Notes under the pieces: generated by a model
What the model was told of the DNA's origin: nothing
Database searches by the model: none
What the model saw: only the letters and a program-made list of their open reading frames with translations
Shown here: positions 58,857-64,000 of the stretch, piece by piece
How the letters are laid out: the number at the start of each line of letters is the position of its first letter
Numbering within the stretch: the stretch's first letter is position 1
Translations under genes and position numbers: made by a program
Assembly: GCA_041750285.1 (NCBI GenBank)
Contig: JBGSZS010000009.1
Location: 32,001-96,000 of the forward strand
Direction of reading: 5' to 3'
Origin: Candidatus Fermentibacteraceae bacterium
GTDB lineage: Bacteria; Fermentibacterota; Fermentibacteria; Fermentibacterales; JCC-6
Length of the DNA stretch: 64,000 bases

Positions 58857-59624
58857 ATGATCCGGAATGCAGTCATTGATTCGCTCATGAACAGAAGGTC
58901 GATCCGCAGATACAAACCTGACGCCCCTTCGGACGAGGTCGTGGCAACAGTCGTCAGAGCCGGCCAGCAGGCGCCGTTCGCGATGCAGCTCGGAAGTGTT
59001 CTGCTCTCCCGCAATGCCGGGAAGAATCCCTTCAAGGCACCGTTGTGTTTCACCATATGTGTCGACTCGCACCGAATGGAGAAGGTCATGGCGCGCCGGG
59101 GCTGGCAAAGGGCTGCGTCGGACCTTTACACGATCCTCTTCGGAATGCAGGACGCCGCTTACATGGCCCAGAACATGGTCACAGCGGGTGAGAGCCTCGG
59201 GCTTGGAAGCTGCTTCATAGGGGCCGCCCCCTTCATGGCGGGAAAGATACGCGGGCAGTACCATCTGCCTTTGGGTGTCTTTCCCCTTGTCATGCTTGTC
59301 ATGGGTTACCCCGACGAAGACCCGCCGGCCCGCCCCCGCTACCCGCTCTCCTTCCACCTCTTCGAGGATACCTACCCCGAACTTCCTGATGAGAAGGTTG
59401 ACGAGGCCATGCGGGAGATGGACCAGGGCTATCTCGAGCAGGAATACTACCGCAGGGCCAACTACATGATCCCCCTCCCCGAGGGAAGGGAGGAGACCTT
59501 CACATACGACGACTACTGCTGGACCGAGCACATCTCCCGAAAACTGGGACTGTGGGGCGGCGACCCGGGGGAACTTCTCAAGGCCCTGGCCGAGTGCGGC
59601 TTCAAACTGGAGGCACGCGAATGA
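58857..59624 (+). CDS. Nitroreductase family protein (NfsA-like)
   Basis: RRSIRRY, QDAA..AQNM..AGESLGLGSCFIG, MGYP, RPRYP. Confidence 0.88.
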   Translation: MIRNAVIDSLMNRRSIRRYKPDAPSDEVVATVVRAGQQAPFAMQLGSVLLSRNAGKNPFKAPLCFTICVDSHRMEKVMARRGWQRAASDLYTILFGMQDAAYMAQNMVTAGESLGLGSCFIGAAPFMAGKIRGQYHLPLGVFPLVMLVMGYPDEDPPARPRYPLSFHLFEDTYPELPDEKVDEAMREMDQGYLEQEYYRRANYMIPLPEGREETFTYDDYCWTEHISRKLGLWGGDPGELLKALAECGFKLEARE

Positions 59625-60109
59625 GGAAGCTTGTGGTGTTCTACTCTCTTGGCGGCAACACCCGCCTTGTGGCTGAGACGATAGCGAAAGCAGCGGGTGC
59701 GGATATTCTTGAGCTGGTGCCCGAAAGGGAGGCTCCATCGGGAGGTTTCAGGAGGATGGTCTGGGGAGGAAGGTCGGCGGTGATGCGTGAAAAACCTGCG
59801 CTGAAACCTTTCGCCGTCGATCCCTCTGAGTACGACATGATCTTCCTGGGAACTCCGGTATGGGCCTGGACAATTGCACCACCACTCAATACGTTCCTCT
59901 CCCACAACAGCCTTGAGGGAAAACCCGTTGCCCTGTTCTGCTGCCACGGCGGAGGTCCGGGCAGGATCTTCACGAAGATGCGCGAGGCCGTTCGGGGAGG
60001 TGTCTTTGTTGGAGAACTGGCCCTGAAGGAGCCCGGAAGCAGCAACACCAGGGAGCAGCTGAAAGACACAGTCGAGTGGGTGAACACGGTCCTTTCAAAG
60101 CTTGGTTGA
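59621..60109 (+). CDS. Flavodoxin
   Basis: ATGA overlap; VVFYS.GGNT..VA, YD.IFLGTPVW, ALFCCHGG. Confidence 0.88.
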   Translation: MRKLVVFYSLGGNTRLVAETIAKAAGADILELVPEREAPSGGFRRMVWGGRSAVMREKPALKPFAVDPSEYDMIFLGTPVWAWTIAPPLNTFLSHNSLEGKPVALFCCHGGGPGRIFTKMREAVRGGVFVGELALKEPGSSNTREQLKDTVEWVNTVLSKLG

Positions 60110-60112
60110 CCC

Positions 60113-61561
60113 CTACCTGACCACCACGAACCTTCTGGACTCGGTTTCTCCATCGCGTCCGGCAACAACGGTGTAAACCCCCGCGGGGAGACCGCTGACA
60201 TCGAGGGTCAGGTCACGGGAACCGGTCGCAGTGAGAACGGTCCTTCCCGCGGTGTCAAGCACCCTGAGGTTCGTGCCCTCAACCGTTCCCTGAACATGAA
60301 CGGCCGTCGAAGCGGGGTTGGGAAACACCGCGATGGTTCCGTAATGAGCACCGGGGGCTGTTCCCGAACCCTGGGTCCTGTACACGACAAGGTTGGTTCC
60401 GTTGCCGGTCATGGCCATGTACCCTGGAAAGCCCAGGGCGGGGCCCGAGTAGTAGTTGTACGGGAATGGCTCCTGCCACAGCACATCTAGGTCGGCAGAG
60501 AGGGCGTGGAGCCTTCCGCCGGCGGCGATGCCGTCGGTCACGAACAGGGTGCCGTCAGCTGCAATGGTTATCCGCGGGTCAATGTTCTCTGCAAGCACGG
60601 GGGATTCGTTAAGGATTGCTCCCGTGCCCGGGTCGAGGCGGACCAGTGTGCTGCCCGATGCTCCCACGAAATAGAGCGTCCCGTCCGGTCCGGCGCCGAA
60701 ATTCGCGGTTGAGCCGACTCCGTCGGCGGCCGTGGCGGTGGCCGCGGTCCAGATCAGGCTGAATCCGGTTCCCGTATCGGAGTAGGCCCTTATCTCCCCG
60801 GTTCCATCCCTTATCACGAACACCCTGCCCTCGCCGTCCGCCATCAGGGGAACCTCCTGGTCGCCGTGACCTGGAAGCGCACCGGTCTCGTAGAGCTTGA
60901 GCCCGGTGGCAAGGTCGTAGGCAACCAGCTTTTTATCGGTGTTGATGAAGCCCTCGAAGCCGTAGACCCTGTCCTCCGTCACGCAAAGATACTCTGCGCC
61001 GGTGTTGGGGATGTTCCTGGGGGTGGACCATACGGTGGCCCCGGAAACCCTGTCTATCCTGTGAACATGTGTGTTGGATGGAAGGATGAGATCGCCCCCG
61101 CCGGCAAAGGATGCCATGTGGGCGATGCTGAACCGGACCAGGGCGTCGGCTTTCCACAGCCTGACACCTGTGGCCGGATCGTAGGCGCAGACCGTGTCGC
61201 CCGAGCCGTTCTCCTGGTAGTTCACGATGTAAAGGGCCCCGTCACGGAAACCGATGGGCAATGTTCGGCTGTTGGGGCCGGTGAGGTCAAGGTTCCAAAG
61301 CTCCTGCCCGGTCTCGAGATCGTAGACGACCGTTGGTGAAACGTTCACGGTCTGAAAGCGCATCGTCGCCAGATAGCCGTTCCAGATGTAGATCTGACAC
61401 CCGAAAAGGGTGTTGAAGGTCGTGCCCTGCCATAGAACCTCGGGCGCGTCGGGACCCGTGACGTCCCCCATCCCGTTGTGCAGGGGATTGCCTCCCGCGC
61501 ATGGCCATGCGGCCCGGAGAGCAGATGAAAGTGCAAGGATCGTGAATAAGGGTGTTCTCAT
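60113..61561 (-). CDS. Secreted PQQ-like beta-propeller protein with T9SS-like C-terminal domain
   Basis: ATG 61561 after GGGAGG, signal peptide, repeated YD..TG..LW motifs, C-terminal FPNP..LDTAGRTV..LPAGVY. Confidence 0.8.
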   Translation of the reverse strand: MRTPLFTILALSSALRAAWPCAGGNPLHNGMGDVTGPDAPEVLWQGTTFNTLFGCQIYIWNGYLATMRFQTVNVSPTVVYDLETGQELWNLDLTGPNSRTLPIGFRDGALYIVNYQENGSGDTVCAYDPATGVRLWKADALVRFSIAHMASFAGGGDLILPSNTHVHRIDRVSGATVWSTPRNIPNTGAEYLCVTEDRVYGFEGFINTDKKLVAYDLATGLKLYETGALPGHGDQEVPLMADGEGRVFVIRDGTGEIRAYSDTGTGFSLIWTAATATAADGVGSTANFGAGPDGTLYFVGASGSTLVRLDPGTGAILNESPVLAENIDPRITIAADGTLFVTDGIAAGGRLHALSADLDVLWQEPFPYNYYSGPALGFPGYMAMTGNGTNLVVYRTQGSGTAPGAHYGTIAVFPNPASTAVHVQGTVEGTNLRVLDTAGRTVLTATGSRDLTLDVSGLPAGVYTVVAGRDGETESRRFVVVR

Positions 61562-61697
61562 TTTCCTCCCCCGTTCTTTTTCGTTGAAGGAATATTGCCG
61601 GCCGGGCTCTCCGTGAAAAACACCCCGGGCTACCCGTTTCGCCAATCCTGCCCCATATATGCAGGTAGGGTTCGAAAGCTCGTGAGAAGGTGACTTC

Positions 61698-62090
61698 ATG
61701 GATTCAGGTCTTTCAGCAAGGGCTGAGCGCACACTGCACTCTGAAACTGCGGGAATTACCCGGCAGGACGTGGCAAAGGCGCTTGACCATCAGGGTCCCA
61801 TCCTGAAAAAGGTTCTGGGCAGCAGGCATCTTGCGGAGTTCCTCAAGGATGTGGAACTTCTCTTCGAACTGCTCCGCGACAATCTCGCCAAACGCTACAC
61901 GAGAGTTCCGTGGCGCACCATCGCAGCTGCGGCTGCGACCCTTTTGTACATTCTGAACCCCTTCGACATCGTTCCCGACTTCATACCCGGGCTTGGCTAC
62001 GTCGACGACGGCATGGTTGTCATGCTGGCGATGAAACTGGTGGGAAAAGACCTTGAGAAGTACAAGCTGTGGCGGCGGTCGCAGACCTGA
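61698..62090 (+). CDS. DUF1232 / YkvA family protein
   Basis: LLYILNPFDIVPDFIPGLGYVDD signature. Confidence 0.9.
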   Translation: MDSGLSARAERTLHSETAGITRQDVAKALDHQGPILKKVLGSRHLAEFLKDVELLFELLRDNLAKRYTRVPWRTIAAAAATLLYILNPFDIVPDFIPGLGYVDDGMVVMLAMKLVGKDLEKYKLWRRSQT

Positions 62091-62130
62091 TCCACTTCCC
62101 CCCGACCCTCATCCCTGCTATTGTTTTGAC

Positions 62131-64000
62131 ATGCTGAAACAGAAAGTCGTACTTGTCCTGGCAGTTGCCGTCACCGCGGCGGTGCTTCTCGTGTTCTTGC
62201 ATGAATACTCCAAGCTGCGTACTTTCACGCGCATGGGCGACATGTGGAGCCTCGTGCATCTGCGGAACGAAATGCCCTCGATCTTCACCGAGGTTGACAC
62301 GCTCGACTTCCCTGAACCACCGTATCCGGCGCCCTTCGACACGCTGCTGAGCGTGAACGGCCTTCCCGCAACCCTTTCCGACTACTTCACAGTCTTCAAC
62401 CCCCAGAGGGCCGTGGGTGACACGATACCAATAACATTCAGTCACGGTGGTGAGGTCCTGACGACAAGCATCGTCACGCGCTCCACGCCAATGGGATACA
62501 GACTTCTCACACAGGCCAGCTTCGCCCTCAGGGTGCTGATCGCGTTCGGTTACTTCGCCATTGCCTACATCGGGCTCCTCAAACGGAAGCCATCGTCCAC
62601 CGTACGGTCACTGGTGATGTTCAGCCTGGCAATGACAGCGTCACTCGCCGTGGCCTGGGGCTCCATCGCCGACGGGTACGCCACGTTCACGCTGCCTCCC
62701 ACTGTCAGGATCATTCTCTGGTGCTTCGCACAGTTCTCCTGGGCTTTCCTCCTCAAGCTGGCCGTGGTTTTCCCGAGGGAGAACGCCTCGAACAGAAGGA
62801 AGGCCATCGGAGCGCTTCTTTTCGTGCCTCCCGCGGTTATCGCAGTGATGGGGTTCATTCAGCTCTCGGGTGGCATCGAGCCGGAAAACGATGGTCTCCC
62901 GGGCTCCATTTTCATCACGCTCTACTGCCTCCTGTCACTTGCGCTTCTGTTCCGTTCATCCCGGCGGCTGTCTGACCCGGTCGAACGGCGCCAGGTTCGC
63001 ATCGTCCTTATGGGCGCTCTTCCGGGCCTTGCGGGACAGGTCGCCCTGATCTGGCTCTTTGCGCTTTTCATCCCCATTGCGCTCGTACCGTATTCCACCA
63101 GGCTGATGATAGGGAACGGTCTTTTCGTCCTGCTCGCACTGCTTCCCGCGTCTTTCCTGTACTCGATCCGCCGCTACAGGCTGATGGCGCTCGAAGCCCG
63201 GATAAAGCGCAGCACCCGATTCCTGGGCGTGAACCTGCTTCTGCTTGCCGGCCTGATAGGCATGCTGTGGCTGTTCGCCGAACTGGTGCTTTCCCGCATG
63301 AACGTTACCAACCAGACCCCCACGCTCGTACTGGGACTTCTTCTTGCCCTGGGGTTCGGCCCCACGCAGCGCCTGATCCGAATCCGCCTCGAAGAGCGGT
63401 TCTTCCCTGAGAGAGTGAAACTGCGGATACTTCTCCGCGATTTCCTGGCCTCGGGAATGGCCAGGTCAGGTGCGGGTGTTTTCTGGACCGAACTTGAATT
63501 CAGGCTCGGGGAGGGCTTGGGCGCCCGTGACATCGTCCCCGTCCTTCTCCGCAACGGAAGCTGTGTAGAGGCTGTTTCAGGCGATCCGGCCCCCTTCAGC
63601 ACAACCGACACTCTTCTCCGCGACCTGACGGGAACGGGTCAGCCGTTGCCGCTTGATGAGATCCTGGCCAGTGGAAGGTTCGACCTTACTGATGAACAGG
63701 TCCACTGGTTCCAGAGCCGTTCGGCTGCCCTGCTGATGCCTCTCTGTACCGGCGAGGGACTTCTGGGGTTCGTCGCAGTTGGCGGAAAGACGAGCGGGGA
63801 GGACTACACTTCCGACGAACTCGAGATACTGTCGGCTCTTTCGGGTCAGATGAGCCTGGTGGTCGAGAACCTCGAACTCCTCGAGGAAAGGGTCAGGAAA
63901 GAGGCTCTTGAAAGCCAGATGGACCTCGCCCGCACCGTTCAGAAAAGGCTTCTTCCCGTAAGCCTTCCCGTAGTGCCGGGCTGTGAACTGGCCGCCCGTA
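62131..64000 (+). CDS. Membrane sensor with PDZ-like, multi-TM and GAF regions leading into a SpoIIE/PP2C phosphatase (3'-truncated; not in ORF track)
   Basis: Open frame from ATG 62131 to window end: MLKQKVVLVL..., DTLLSVNG, many TMs, LG..AVGGKTSGEDY..DE.EIL..L, ending MDLARTVQKRLLP..LP.VPG.ELAAR (RsbU-type phosphatase start). Confidence 0.8.
   Translation, partial: MLKQKVVLVLAVAVTAAVLLVFLHEYSKLRTFTRMGDMWSLVHLRNEMPSIFTEVDTLDFPEPPYPAPFDTLLSVNGLPATLSDYFTVFNPQRAVGDTIPITFSHGGEVLTTSIVTRSTPMGYRLLTQASFALRVLIAFGYFAIAYIGLLKRKPSSTVRSLVMFSLAMTASLAVAWGSIADGYATFTLPPTVRIILWCFAQFSWAFLLKLAVVFPRENASNRRKAIGALLFVPPAVIAVMGFIQLSGGIEPENDGLPGSIFITLYCLLSLALLFRSSRRLSDPVERRQVRIVLMGALPGLAGQVALIWLFALFIPIALVPYSTRLMIGNGLFVLLALLPASFLYSIRRYRLMALEARIKRSTRFLGVNLLLLAGLIGMLWLFAELVLSRMNVTNQTPTLVLGLLLALGFGPTQRLIRIRLEERFFPERVKLRILLRDFLASGMARSGAGVFWTELEFRLGEGLGARDIVPVLLRNGSCVEAVSGDPAPFSTTDTLLRDLTGTGQPLPLDEILASGRFDLTDEQVHWFQSRSAALLMPLCTGEGLLGFVAVGGKTSGEDYTSDELEILSALSGQMSLVVENLELLEERVRKEALESQMDLARTVQKRLLPVSLPVVPGCELAAR

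Noticed and set aside
58692..59738. Long N-terminal extension of the 672-aa minus ORF
   Set aside because: Antisense to the well-supported nitroreductase; nucleotidyltransferase motifs begin only after ATG 58691
1..64000. tRNA/rRNA, IS elements, integrases, prophage, sel genes
   Set aside because: None recognised by eye; intergenic gaps are short and showed no cloverleaf or terminal inverted repeats

Overview
64 kb of GC-rich bacterial chromosome. No rRNA, tRNA, CRISPR, IS or phage genes were recognisable. Three secreted proteins carry T9SS-like C-terminal sorting domains (a gingipain-type C25 protease, a BNR/Asp-box propeller and a PQQ-like propeller), which points to an FCB-group organism, possibly Fermentibacterota-like (inference). 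The left part holds a patatin-POTRA-barrel protein, a GNAT plus PLP racemase pair, a FIST protein plus PAS hybrid kinase, a class I Orn/Lys/Arg decarboxylase and a cyclase-STAND-TPR protein. About 20.7-55.1 kb is a surface-glycan locus that repeatedly switches strand: RmlA, VioA/VioB-like, FabH/FabG, three GT-C paralogs, an O-antigen ligase, Fnl/Qnl genes, Wzx, five GT4s, two DUF362, an ATP-grasp ligase and a CapK-like ligase. The right end has a stand-alone trpB2, nitroreductase/flavodoxin and a partial PP2C sensor. The most striking observations are: (1) the BNR propeller gene reads through an in-frame TGA followed by a SECIS-like hairpin in a three-way junction, making it a candidate secreted selenoprotein whose sorting domain is made only on readthrough; (2) an apparently leaderless Trp-Trp leader peptide with an anti-SD hairpin before trpB2; (3) an ATT start codon for the GNAT gene. 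All functional calls come from motif recognition only; no searches were run.
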